This document shows positions 14,453-29,077 of a DNA stretch of 64,000 bases, in pieces (within the stretch, counting starts at the first letter, position 1; each line of letters begins with the position of its first letter). Source of the DNA: the human T2T-CHM13v2.0 reference genome, Homo sapiens. Made by a program: the position numbers and the translations under genes. The DNA lies in the NCBI RefSeq assembly GCF_009914755.1, contig NC_060931.1. One strand, 5' to 3'. The notes below the pieces were generated by a model. It saw nothing but the letters and a program-made list of their open reading frames with translations, did no database searches and was not told the DNA's origin.

Positions 14453-14938
14453 GTAAAAGAAACAAATATGACATCTCTTCAGAAAGACTTAAGCCAAGTT
14501 AGGGATCACCTCGCAGAGGCAAAAGAGAAATTGTCCATTTTAGAAAAAGAAGATGAGACTGAGGTACAAGAAAGCAAAAAGGCCTGCATGTTTGAGCCAC
14601 TTCCTATAAAACTGAGTAAGAGCATTGCATCCCAGACAGATGGGACTCTGAAGATCAGTAGCAGCAATCAGACTCCACAAATTCTTGTTAAAAATGCAGG
14701 AATACAAATTAATTTACAGAGTGAATGTTCCTCAGAAGAAGTTACTGAAATAATCAGTCAGTTTACTGAAAAAATTGAGAAGATGCAAGAACTACATGCT
14801 GCTGAAATTTTGGACATGGAATCCAGACATATTTCAGAAACTGAAACCTTAAAGAGGGAACACTATGTTGCCGTTCAGTTACTGAAAGAGGAATGTGGTA
14901 CCTTGAAGGCAGTGATACAGTGTCTGAGAAGTAAAGAG
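14453..14938 (+). CDS. AKAP9: AKAP9 exon 33 (VKETNMTS...CLRSKE)
   Basis: tttag|GTA, GAG|gtattt, 486 nt, phase 0/0. Confidence 0.95.
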
Positions 14939-15110
14939 GTATTTGGTTTTTATAATATGTGTTTTTCAACATTGTGTGGTTTTTTAAAAAAAAAAAATCA
15001 GTTTAATTCATTTTGTAGATGACAAACCAAAATGCAACTCATTAAGGCACTTGATCTTTCTAAGTAGGTGTATTATCAAGGCAAGTTTTAAACTCCTAGT
15101 ACAATATTCC

Positions 15111-15535
15111 TTTTTTTTCTTTTGTTATACTTTAAGTTCTGGGATACACGTGCAGGATGTGCAGGTTTGTTACACAGGTATACACGTGCCATGGTGGTTT
15201 GCTGCACCCATCAACCCGTCATCTACATTAGGTATTTCTCCTAAAGCTGTCCCTCCCCTAGCACCTCACCCCCGACAGGCCCCAGTGTGTGATGTTCCCC
15301 TCCCTGTGTCCATGTGTTCTCATTGTTTAACTCCCACTTATGAGTGAGAACATGCAGTGTTTGGTTTTCTGTTCTTGTGTTAGTCCGCTGAGAATGATGG
15401 TTTCCAGCTTCATCTATGTCCCTGCAAATGACATGAACGCATCCTTTTTTATGGCTACATAGTATTCCATGGTGTATATGTGCCACATTTTCTTTATCCA
15501 GTTTATCATTGATGGGCATTTGGGTTGGTTCCAAC
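15111..15535 (-). mobile_element. L1PA 3' end fragment
   Basis: ttatactttaagttctgggatac... reverse L1PA 3'UTR. Confidence 0.9.
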
Positions 15536-15922
15536 ACTGTGTGCTTTTAAGAGAAAATAAAAAAACGGGGGCAGTCTCTTCCTTATGATCGCAATTTTAA
15601 TGGTTTTGAACTTTTTTAAATTTAAAGAGTTTTTAGTTTTAAATTTCTTTAAATCTTTCCATTGCATAGAGTTAAATAATATATGATGTTCCTGTATGGA
15701 TTTGGAACATGTTATCTTTCCTTAATTCATGAGTATCTCTTCTTATGGTAATATTCATGAAGAAACAGACTTGTTAAAAAAAAAAACCATGAATAATTTC
15801 ATTTATTATGAAAGGTGTGACAGATTTGATTGATTACAGCACGGGAAACCAGCAAAATAATTCATTGTATTCTATTTTTATTAAAGCAAAAAATATATGT
15901 ACTTTTTGTTTTCTCTAATTAG

Positions 15923-15986
15923 GGATCCTCAATTCCTGAGCTAGCACATTCTGATGCTTACCAGACTAGAGAAATATGCTCCAGTG
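15923..15986 (+). CDS. AKAP9: AKAP9 exon 34 (GSSIPELAHSDAYQTREICSS)
   Basis: attag|GGA, GTG|gtaagt, 64 nt, phase 0/1. Confidence 0.92.
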
Positions 15987-16101
15987 GTAAGTTATATAAA
16001 TATTTGTAATGTTTGTAGTAGTTGTTTAAGAAATAATAGTTTTTTGGGGACTGGGGTTTGATTTTTTTTTTTTTAACAGCAAATTATTTTCTTTATTTTA
16101 G

Positions 16102-16223
16102 ATTCTGGATCAGACTGGGGTCAGGGAATTTATCTTACACACAGTCAGGGATTTGACATAGCATCAGAAGGCCGAGGAGAAGAAAGTGAAAGTGCAACAG
16201 ATTCCTTTCCAAAGAAAATAAAG
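16102..16223 (+). CDS. AKAP9: AKAP9 exon 35 (DSGSDWGQG...PKKIK)
   Basis: tttag|ATT, AAG|gtacta, 122 nt, phase 1/0. Confidence 0.94.
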
Positions 16224-16777
16224 GTACTAAAAGATAGATACCTTTTATTAACTCAGCCAGTGTTGTTTCTATGTTGAACATAGCAGTTCATTAGAAGTTA
16301 TATGGTGGGATCATTTCTGAAGAGAGAATTGCTTAGCTAGAAGGAATCTGAGAGATCTATTTTATTTCCACATTTCACAGATAATAAAGTAAGAGATTAA
16401 TGATAATATGTATGAAGACTTTTTTTCTTAATAATTCTTATTCCTGATGTATTCGTTTGCCAGAATTTTTAAAGTAGTCTCAAAGAGTAGAAGTTAGAGC
16501 CCATGTATTTATTTTGGTCAAATCAGTAGCTTATCAGTAAACCTAGGAAGAGTACATTAGCCAAACAGAAGGAACTTAGAGATGAGAGCTATGGAAAGTC
16601 ATAGGCCATCTGCTGGGGTTGGCTTACCCCTCCACAGGAAGAAGGCATTCAGTAATGTTGGGCTGGAGTTTTCTCTCTGCAAGCTATCTTGCTTAAAATT
16701 TATTTCTGTTTGTAAGTCTAATTTTTCAGTCTGTGAAGAAGTTGTCATAATTCTGGCTCTTGGGTTTTGGTTTCCAG

Positions 16778-16969
16778 GGATTACTGAGAGCTGTCCATAA
16801 TGAAGGCATGCAGGTGCTTTCTCTCACTGAGTCTCCCTATAGTGATGGAGAGGACCATTCTATTCAGCAGGTTTCAGAATCTTGGCTAGAAGAGAGAAAA
16901 GCTTACATCAATACAATCTCATCTCTAAAGGATTTAATTACAAAGATGCAACTGCAAAGAGAAGCCGAG
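16778..16969 (+). CDS. AKAP9: AKAP9 exon 36 (GLLRAVHNEG...QREAE)
   Basis: tccag|GGA, GAG|gtaacc, 192 nt. Confidence 0.95.
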
Positions 16970-17104
16970 GTAACCAAAGAATACTATGCATTTAAATCAT
17001 TTTATGTATTATTTGAACAATAATAATACATTATAAATTAAATTATCTTTTATACATATTTTTGCATGAATAACTATATATATATATTTTCACACTTGAA
17101 ACTC

Positions 17105-17398
<294 letters not shown>

Positions 17399-17510
17399 AG
17401 TACACATGCTCCTAGGCTTTTAATTATTTTTCTTTGTAGATTAATATTTTTAGAATGTTTTTAAAACATGCTTATTTGAAAACTAACTATCGTTATATGT
17501 ACTTTGCTAG

Positions 17511-17699
17511 GTTTATGATAGTTCTCAATCTCATGAGAGCTTCTCAGACTGGCGAGGTGAACTACTGCTTGCCCTTCAACAAGTTTTCTTAGAAGAGCGT
17601 AGTGTTTTACTAGCAGCATTTCGGACGGAGCTGACAGCTCTAGGTACTACAGATGCAGTTGGTTTACTAAACTGTTTGGAACAGAGAATACAAGAACAG
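17511..17699 (+). CDS. AKAP9: AKAP9 exon 37 (VYDSSQSH...RIQEQ)
   Basis: gctag|GTT, CAG|gtataa, 189 nt. Confidence 0.95.
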
Positions 17700-17949
17700 G
17701 TATAATGAAACTTCATTTTAAAAACACTTTAATAGAAATAAGGAAATGACTATTGATTTTAGAGTCTTAATTTAAGTATGAAGGTTAAGATTTTAATAGG
17801 AGCCACTATGAATATTTTAAAAAAATTATTGTAACTATTTTAACGTATTATGTTAGAAGGTAAGAAAGACTGAAAGTTAATGAGCTTATTTTCTAACCTA
17901 GGAAATTAGAAAAAGAGCAACAGAATAATCCCAAACAAATTTGAGAGAG

Positions 17950-18525
17950 TAAATTCTCATTATTTGCACTGGTTATGTTCCATAAAGTTGCTCTGAACAT
18001 TGAGCGGTCATTGCTCCTAAGGGAAATACAAGGTTAGGTTCCTGTAAGCCTTTGGTCACAACATTTTCATCAGTCAGCACATAACCTTGTCTATATGTGA
18101 TTCTATTTTAAGACACCTTATTTACTATATATTATTGATTGATTAACCTTGAACACCACCAACAGCACTATAACTCATGCCTGAAAAAAACTTGTCTGAC
18201 ACACATATTTTCTCCTTAAGGCACATCACAGCCTTCTCGTACTTAGGAACACCATAAAGCACTTCAGCACTACTTTTGGGGGCCATTCTAAACAGTGAAA
18301 TCACAAATAAAAGGCACAAAAATTTGAAAAGTCACTAAGTACTCTGTAAAAAGGACATTTGACTTCAGCTGGGGACACCCACATTGGACCATTTAAATTT
18401 TTTGCTGCTGTATGCATTTCTGTGAAAGACCATGAAAGCAACACAACAATGGATTTGGGAGTTACAAATACATTTTAGTGAGAAGGCAAATCTGCAAATA
18501 TGGAATCAGAATAATGAGGATTCCC
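17950..18525. mobile_element. MER6-like TcMar-Tigger relic nested in old L1M sequence
   Basis: ctcattatt...aataatgag inverted ends; ttgctcctaagggaaatacaaggttaggttcctg core. Confidence 0.65.
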
Positions 18526-18559
18526 TTTAACGAAGAAGACGACGTCAATAGACACACTG

Positions 18560-20560
18560 GTACAATAGGATAAAATGTTAAAAGTTGGACATTTGAACTT
18601 TTCTGGAGAATTGGTTAAGCAAAATGATAAAGCACACATTTTTAAAGTTAGGAATGAACTAAAGATATACCTGAGATATAAAAATAATAGAATATTATGA
18701 ATAATTTCATGAGAGTAAACTTAAACACTTGGGTGAAATGGACAGATTTTCTAAAAAGAAATTCACTTATGAAAACTCTTTCAGTAAGAAATAGAAGACC
18801 TCCAAAGACCTATTACTAGTAACAGAATCAAATCAATAGTTAAAAATCTACTCATAATACTTAACACCCAGATCTTTTTTTTTAATATATTCTCCACTGA
18901 AAAGAACTAGGACTTCTTGTAGAACTGATGATTCTAGGGATGGACCAGGGAAAGTATAAGGTGAGCCTGGAACATCTTGTTTTGCTGGCAAGTAAGGAAT
19001 TGTTCAAAGAATGAAGGGAACATGTCGAAAGGTCATAGAAGCCAGCTTGAAGGAGCTCCAATTGACCAAATTCTAGAAAAATTTAAACATTATATTAAAT
19101 GATAGTGACAAATTATAAGCCAAAGAGTGAAATAAGAACTCATGAGACCATACTGATATAAATAAATAAATATATATATAAATAAATAAATAGTATTACC
19201 ATGGAATGACAGCTAGTAAATGTAGAAGGAACAATGAAATTAGGAAATCACCCTTTATTAAACACTGTAGTGTTAAATCACCCTTTATTAAACACTATTC
19301 AGGCAATAGTTCGCAACAGATGCTAAAACTAGTGTGAAAAGGTTTGTTAAGAAAGTATATTTACATAGTCTCAAAGTAAATCCCCAGAAAATCTTCTTTA
19401 ATTACCAGGGAAAAGCAGTAACTTTACAGTGGAGAAACCTTGCAGATACCACCTTAACCAAGTGATCAGAATTACTATTACCAGAAATGGAATAGACATC
19501 ATACAGTTCCTAATGTGAAGGGCACGATGCCACTTTTGTAGTGTTTTTGTCAAATGAATATTCAGAGTCTACTCTTGGGGAAATATCAGACCAAAACAAA
19601 TTGAGAACACTACATCTATCAAAATAAAAAATAGTGACAGCAAGTACTGGAGAGGATGAAAAGAAACTGTCTCATAGATTGCTGGTAGCAATGTGAAATG
19701 GGAGGGCAATAGCCAAAAACTGGAATGTTCTTTGACAGGGGAATGGATGGACAAAATGTGGTACATCCATACAATGAAATATTACTCAGCAATTAAAAAG
19801 AAACAAACTATTTATGCCTACAACCACTTGTATGCTATATAATGCTCTTAAAATGACAAAATTATAGTAATAGAAAGCAGATCAGTGGTTGACAGGGGTT
19901 AGGGTTAGGGAGAGAGTTTGACTACAGAGGAGTTTCTTCGTGGTGAGAAAACAGTTGGTACTCTGATGGTAGTGGTGGTTACGTGAACCTATCCATACAT
20001 GTGATCAAATTTTGTAGGACTACACACCAAGAAAACTAATGATCAAATTTTGTAGGACTACACACCAAGAAAACTAATGTGAAAACTAATGAAATCTGAG
20101 TAAGCCCTATAGTTTGGTATTGTACTAATACCATTTTCCTGGTTTTGATAATATACTATGGTAATGCAAGATGGTATCATTGGGAAAAGCTGGCTAACAG
20201 ATACATGGGAACTTTAGCTTTAATTAATTCAAAATAAAAAGTTTTTTAAAATTGAGGAACGTACAACAAAATAGCCTGTAGTCTTCAAAAATTCAAGGTC
20301 ATGAAAGACAAAGAAAGACTTGGGAATATCACTTTTTTTCTTTTTGCTGTGAAGTACATTTCACAAAATTTGAATAGGCTCTGTATATCACATAATAGTA
20401 TTGTAGTAATGTTAATTCCACTTTTGCTAATTGTAGTTATGTAAAAGAATGTTCTTGTTTTAAGGAAATACACTCTGGTATTTAGAGGTAAATGAGCATT
20501 TGTCTGCAGCATATCCTCATACATTTTGGAAAGGAAAAATAAGAAAATTTTTTAAAAAAG
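18560..20560 (+). mobile_element. Degenerate L1M (L1MC/L1ME-type) fragments
   Basis: L1-like segments such as gaaatggacagattt and aatgtggtacatccatacaatgaaatattactcagc. Confidence 0.6.
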
Positions 20561-20667
20561 AAAATTTTAGTATGTGTGTTCCATTCATTCTTCTTTAGAT
20601 TTCTTGGTTGTTAATTGTATTGCCTTTACATTGCTCTTCACTTGTTTTTTACCTTCCTTTGTTACAG

Positions 20668-20812
20668 GGTGTTGAATATCAAGCAGCTATGGAATGCCTC
20701 CAGAAAGCAGATAGAAGGAGTTTGTTATCTGAAATTCAGGCACTGCATGCACAAATGAATGGTAGGAAAATTACTCTGAAAAGAGAACAAGAGAGTGAGA
20801 AACCAAGCCAAG
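20668..20812 (+). CDS. AKAP9: AKAP9 exon 38 (GVEYQAAM...EKPSQ)
   Basis: tacag|GGT, AAG|gtatgt, 145 nt, phase 0/1. Confidence 0.95.
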
Positions 20813-21179
20813 GTATGTTGTATGACAAGCTCATATGGTTACACAAACAGGTGAAAAGATTTCACTTTGTTTTCTTTCTTATTATTATTAAGTTAAAACA
20901 TATTTTCTTGGTCACATTTTCTTCTCATTCTCATAATGTTAAGGATACAATCTATATTAATTACTCTAGGGGTTAGAGGATTGTCTAATTGGTTTAAACA
21001 GCTACGTTGACTTTAAAATAAACTGCCATTCCCCTGATAAGGTTAAGCCCATTGGATTCATTCTTTTTCTTTATTTTAGAGCTGTATGTTAAGAAAACAG
21101 TCTTTCCAATCATAAAACAGAAAATACTCTTTAGAGGAAAATCCACAATGCATGTAACTAATTATTTTTTAATCCTTTT

Positions 21180-22420
21180 TTAAAAAAATTGTGAGCCATA
21201 ACATACAGAAAATTACAAATTGCAAATATGCAGTATGACGCATTTTTAAATGAGTATCTATGGAAACATCACCCATGTGAATATAGCCAGTATCCCAACA
21301 GCCCCTTCTCCCAAGCACATGCTCCTCTGAGTAACTTAGAGGTAATCATTGTTCTGATTTTTCTTTAGTTTTACTATCTATTTATATATTCCTAAAACAT
21401 TTAAGTTTCAAGTTTTTTTCTGTTTTTGAACTTTATCAATCTGTATGTATTTTTTATCTTGTTTCTTTCACCTCTCTGTAACATTCTTCCAACATTCTTC
21501 CAAGTTACTGCATTTTTCAAGTTACTGCATTCTTCCAAATTAGTAGTAGAACATTCTTCCAAGTTACTGCATTTATCTCTAGTTCATTCATTCTTGTTAC
21601 TCTATAACTCTATGACCCTGTGTAGGGCCAGGCACGGTGGCTTACACCTGTAATCCCAGCACTTTGGGAGGCTGACGTGGGTGGATCACGAGGTCAGAAG
21701 TTCAAGATGAGCCTAGCCAAAATGGTGAAACCCAGTCTCTACTAAAAATACAAAAATTAGCCAGGCGTGGTGGCGGGTGCCTGTAAGGCCAGCCACTCAG
21801 GAGACTGAAGCAGAGAATTACTTGAACCCAGAAGGTGGAGGTTGCAGTGAGCTGAAATCACACCACTGCACTCTAGCCTGAGCGACAGAGCAAGACTCCA
21901 TCTCAAAAAAAAAAAAAAAAAAAAGAATTTCCTGTATAGATACTCCAAAATTAATATATCCATTCTATTAATATGATTGAGCATTTGGGTTGTTTCTACT
22001 TTTTAGCTGTTTAGCTATCAATGTTATTATAAACATTGTTGTATAGTGTTTCTGCTACATATGTGCATGCATCTTCTGAGTATATGACTAAGAGCAGAAT
22101 TGCTGGGTCATGGAATGCCTATCTTAGATAAGGTCAAATGATTTTCCTACATAGTCATATTAGTTTATACACTTAGTAGCAGTATATGAGAGTTACGTTG
22201 CTTCACATCTTTGCCAACAGTTAGTATAGTCAGACTTCTGTTGCCAATCTGATGGGTGTGCAGTGGATTCTTATTGTGGTTTTAATTGGCTGTTCTCTAG
22301 TTCCTGAAGGGTTTAGTCCTTTTTCATATGGTAATTGGCTAGTTGGATTTTTATTTTTGTGATATGCTTGTTTAGGTACTTTTTGATAACAGTATCTGGT
22401 CTTTTAAATTGAGCTACAGA
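21180..22420 (-). mobile_element. Old L1ME relic interrupted by an Alu
   Basis: agagcagaattgctgggtcatgg and cttcacatctttgccaaca reverse-L1 motifs. Confidence 0.6.
21626..21924 (+). mobile_element. AluSg-like
   Basis: Full dimer, long A tail, TSD cctgt(g/a)tag. Confidence 0.88.
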
Positions 22421-22588
22421 TGGAAATCATTAGAAAGTAAAGTGAAATCTAATTTTCATCATGTCCACTGAGGACACATACCTGTGTGTTCAGTAATTTT
22501 GTGTCATGTACTGGTAGAAACATGTATCCTTTGGAAAATTTTGAAAGTCACAGCATGGTCTCACATTGGTCATTATAAAGCTGAAGCA

Positions 22589-22988
<400 letters not shown>

Positions 22989-23485
22989 TCACTTTAAACG
23001 TAGGCGTAATTGAAGATGTCTTTTAGAGATAGATTAATATTGTTTTACTTAGGTTAAATAGAACACCATTGAAAGCTTAATGTCACAGATTCACATTTAT
23101 GTAAATCCTTAACCTCTAAAGTTTTTAGAAGCCTAAATTAAACATGATTGATTATCATCTAAAGCTAATGTTATTTCTGTCTCCTAACGTCAGTAATATG
23201 AATTGTAATGTGAATTGTTGAACTTTGATAGTATTTTTTAAGTTAAAAATGTTTTTCTTATTAGAGTAGTATAGTATTACATATTTATGGTAGAATACAG
23301 AAAAGAATAGAGTGAAAATCATCCCTTGAATCACCTAAATCCTAAAATAATGACTACCTAACACCTGGGTAAATATGTCTCCAGACCTTTTCAATGTGCA
23401 TGTGTACATAAGCTTGTATTTTTCATAAAAAAGGAATCCTGATACATATTTTATAACATACTTTTTTTCATTTAACATACTGAGG

Positions 23486-23794
23486 CATTTAAAATTTTCA
23501 GTTTGTTTTTATTGTAGCAAACATGTAGTAAGGGTTTGGTTGGCTTTCAATGGATAAAAGGACGGTATCCAAAGGGGGGTTTGAATTTCCCACTTCTGGG
23601 AACAGACTCCTATTAAAGTTCCAGGGGACTATCTGCAGTGGGGTGCTGAACAAAAGATATCAGCAGTGCTCATCATTGTAGTAACTTGGGTAACTCCTCC
23701 AAATACTTTGTGTGACTATCAGAAATCTTTGGAATTTTTTAATGTACATTCTTGAAATTCTGAATGTACAAATATGAGTTCCATTTAAAGTTTT
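23486..23794 (-). pseudogene. Possible retroposed mRNA 3' fragment of unidentified parent
   Basis: 13-bp near-direct repeats catttaaa(a/g)tttt; minus-strand AATAAA (23513-23508) close to an A-rich end; stop-terminated peptide-like stretch. Confidence 0.4.
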
Positions 23795-23809
23795 TTTTTT
23801 TAATTTTAA

Positions 23810-24232
<423 letters not shown>

Positions 24233-24379
24233 CTGCATTACCAACTCTTGGGACTATAATTTTTCATGTTTCCTTTGAAGTAATCTCCTTAACTACAAAT
24301 CAGTTCTTATCAACAAATATTTATAAACCAAATATGAGTTGCTTGATTATGTTTCAAATATTAATCATGTTCTGTGTAG

Positions 24380-24599
24380 AACTCTTGGAATATAATATAC
24401 AGCAGAAGCAGTCTCAAATGCTGGAGATGCAAGTGGAGCTCAGCAGTATGAAAGACAGAGCAACGGAACTGCAGGAGCAGCTGAGTTCTGAGAAAATGGT
24501 GGTTGCTGAACTGAAGAGTGAGCTTGCACAAACTAAATTGGAACTAGAAACAACACTCAAGGCACAGCATAAACACCTAAAAGAATTGGAGGCTTTCAG
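24380..24599 (+). CDS. AKAP9: AKAP9 exon 39 (ELLEYNIQ...LEAFR)
   Basis: tgtag|AAC, CAG|gtgtgc, 220 nt, phase 1/2. Confidence 0.94.
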
Positions 24600-25044
24600 G
24601 TGTGCCAGGCTTCCTTATTAAAAACATGTAACAAGGAGTGGGAGTAATTTTGTCATAAACACTGTGCAAATATAGAGAAATGTAACATGCATGATATTTA
24701 AATAGCATGCAACTGTTTTTTTTAGGAAAAACTATAATAGAAAAAACTCTAAATGTTTCCAAATGATGAACTTATGATCGTGATTATAGCATATTCTCTA
24801 CTGTGACTTCAGTTCTGTGTGAGACTTGTATGAAATAGAATTTTGACTTTGACCTTTATTTTACCATCAACCAATTTGAAGTGATATTTATGAACGCAGT
24901 AGAATTCATGATTGAGTGAGCTAAAATATGCAAAATATTTGAAGAGACAATGCTTGTTAAAAGAATATATTTCTTGGTATAAATACTGAGATATTCTGTT
25001 GCCAAAGACACATTACAACTAGTCATTTTTATATTGAACATTAG

Positions 25045-25485
<441 letters not shown>

Positions 25486-25516
25486 TGATAATTAATAACT
25501 AGTAATTGTACTACTA

Positions 25517-26137
<621 letters not shown>

Positions 26138-26305
26138 AAGAGTTAATTTGAAATGAACCCCAGTCAAGAATCTTTAATAGTTTATATTTTCCTCTTAGCT
26201 AGTTTATTATATGCCTCAACTTATCAGTAGAAGCTGTTTTTCTCTCTCTCATTATATGCTTCGTCAACATAGCTTTATGGAAATTCATTTGTCTTTCTGA
26301 CTTAG

Positions 26306-26456
26306 GTTGGAAGTTAAAGATAAGACAGATGAAGTACATTTGCTTAATGACACATTAGCAAGTGAACAGAAAAAATCAAGAGAGCTCCAGTGGGCTTTGG
26401 AGAAAGAGAAAGCCAAGTTGGGACGCAGTGAAGAACGGGATAAAGAAGAACTTGAG
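26306..26456 (+). CDS. AKAP9: AKAP9 exon 40 (LEVKDKTD...KEELE)
   Basis: cttag|GTT, GAG|gtactg, 151 nt, phase 2/0. Confidence 0.95.
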
Positions 26457-27029
26457 GTACTGTTATCTTTGTCTTTAAATGTCTGGAAAATCCAGAATGA
26501 TAGAAGAGGGTCTTAAGGCTTTCCTCCATCTAAAATGTCAACCTTAGACTTCTTAATAAGATATGGTAAGTTGTTCACTGTGCATTGAATACTACATAAA
26601 CCGTATTATGAGGAAATGCTAATGGAGTGGTGATTGGTTTTTTTTGTTTGTTTGTTTGTTTTGCTACATCCAAAGATGCATATAGACTGCTCTGCTGCAA
26701 CATGTTTTGGGCATGTGAATTGGTACACACAGATAAATATGGCAATCCTGTCAGTTTAATACAGAGGTAGTTTTGGTTCCTGTTTTCTCCTAGGGAAGAG
26801 GAACAGGGATACTTTTCTGGAGCCCTCACTGCTTAAGAACATTTAAAGTGAACATTGGCCCCTTTCAGAGAGACACACCCCTGCTTTGCAAGGCTCTCAG
26901 CTCAAGGCAGGCTGCTTTGAGTATCTGCTTTTAATAGAGGTGGAGTATACATGAAGTATCTGCTTTTAATAGAGGTGTTGTTGTCTCACTGGCTCAGAGC
27001 TCTTCTAGCCACGTAATCCTAATTCTCAC

Positions 27030-27320
27030 TAACTCTGTGCTGAAAAACAATGTGTTGCTGGCATTTTTGCCCGATTTTTTATTTTTAATGTCCACTGTGT
27101 TAGCCTCCAGGCAAAGAGAACTCTCTGCCCGGCAGGGACATGATATCTCCCTAGGTACCAATTATAGTTTTTTAACCATTAAAAGTTTATGTATATTTTG
27201 AGTTATTTGCCCCTAACCTTGCTTTCGTTATAAGCCCTATTATTTTTAGCATGTGATACTGCAAAACACAAGGTTTTTCAGGAACTCCTATCACATTATA
27301 TCAGGAACATTTATTTTTTA
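27030..27320. mobile_element. Old Tigger-like DNA transposon relic (Tigger15-like)
   Basis: caaggtttttcaggaac...cattatatcaggaac terminal similarity. Confidence 0.4.
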
Positions 27321-27608
27321 AACAAATTTATTAATGTGCACAGGAATCTTATCAAAACGTAAGATCTCCAGGAACAGTTATATTTTTAAAGGTTGTTATT
27401 CTTATAAGAAATGTACCCTGCTTCATATTACTTAGTGAGATTAAGATTTTTTGAGAAAAGTATTATCTTACCCTTCTTTTATTTATATTTCATGATTATG
27501 CACTAACTACTGAACATTTAAGTTAATAAACTAAATAATCAGTTCTATTTTCTAATAAAGATACTACCAACATAGTATTAATAAAGGCATGGTTGTATAC
27601 TTCTGAAG

Positions 27609-27918
<310 letters not shown>

Positions 27919-27971
27919 CAAGTATTTTTAATAATATTAACAAGTTCTTAAATTTGATTTTCTCGTACCAG

Positions 27972-28640
27972 GATCTGAAGTTTTCACTTGAGAGTCAGAA
28001 ACAAAGGAATCTTCAGCTAAATCTACTTTTGGAACAACAGAAACAACTACTGAACGAATCCCAGCAAAAAATAGAATCACAGAGAATGCTATATGATGCC
28101 CAGTTGTCAGAAGAACAAGGTCGAAACTTAGAGCTTCAGGTACTTCTTGAATCTGAGAAAGTTCGAATTCGGGAAATGAGTAGTACCCTAGATAGGGAGC
28201 GGGAATTGCACGCACAGCTGCAGAGCAGTGATGGTACTGGACAGTCTCGGCCACCCTTGCCCTCAGAGGACCTACTGAAAGAGCTGCAGAAACAGCTAGA
28301 GGAAAAACACAGTCGCATAGTAGAATTGTTAAATGAGACTGAAAAATATAAACTGGATTCTTTGCAAACACGACAGCAAATGGAAAAAGATAGGCAGGTT
28401 CACAGGAAAACACTGCAGACAGAACAGGAGGCCAACACTGAGGGACAGAAAAAAATGCATGAGCTCCAGTCCAAAGTGGAAGATCTTCAGCGCCAGCTGG
28501 AAGAGAAAAGACAACAAGTTTATAAGTTAGACCTTGAAGGACAGCGACTACAAGGAATCATGCAGGAATTCCAGAAGCAAGAACTAGAACGAGAAGAAAA
28601 ACGAGAAAGTAGAAGAATTCTGTATCAGAACCTTAATGAG
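27972..28640 (+). CDS. AKAP9: AKAP9 exon 41 (DLKFSLES...YQNLNE)
   Basis: accag|GAT, GAG|gtaaac, 669 nt, phase 0/0. Confidence 0.96.
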
Positions 28641-28868
28641 GTAAACTGACAGTTTCTTTTTAGATATTTTTAAGGAAAGCACTGCAGCCCTTTGATCATT
28701 AAATTTTGATATTGGATTAAATTACTTAAATAGCTATATGTAAATCACTTAAAAATGAAATCTATAGAAGTTTATTGGATATAAACAATAATTGTGTTCC
28801 CTTAAGATAGACTGTGATATGCTGTTCACTTATAATTATTGTTTTCTTATTCTGTCCAAAATTGCCAG

Positions 28869-29077
28869 CCAACCACGTGGAGCTTAACCAGTGATAGAAC
28901 TAGAAATTGGGTTCTTCAACAGAAAATAGAAGGAGAAACAAAAGAATCAAACTACGCTAAATTGATTGAAATGAATGGAGGAGGAACCGGCTGTAATCAT
29001 GAATTAGAAATGATCAGACAAAAGCTTCAATGTGTAGCTTCAAAACTACAGGTTCTACCCCAGAAAGCCTCTGAGAG
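28869..29077 (+). CDS. AKAP9: AKAP9 exon 42 (PTTWSLTS...KASER)
   Basis: gccag|CCA, GAG|gttaga, 209 nt, phase 0/2. Confidence 0.93.

Noticed and set aside
14960-15560. Similarity between caacattgtgtggtttt (about 14967) and caacactgtgtgctttt (about 15532) around the L1 fragment
   Set aside because: The left copy is about 130 nt from the L1 end and part of the right copy is L1-derived; likely chance, not a TSD.
27937-28517. Antisense ORFs up to 158 aa over exon 41, and similar ones over other AKAP9 exons
   Set aside because: Shadow frames of Glu/Gln/Lys-rich coding sequence with no start or splice support.
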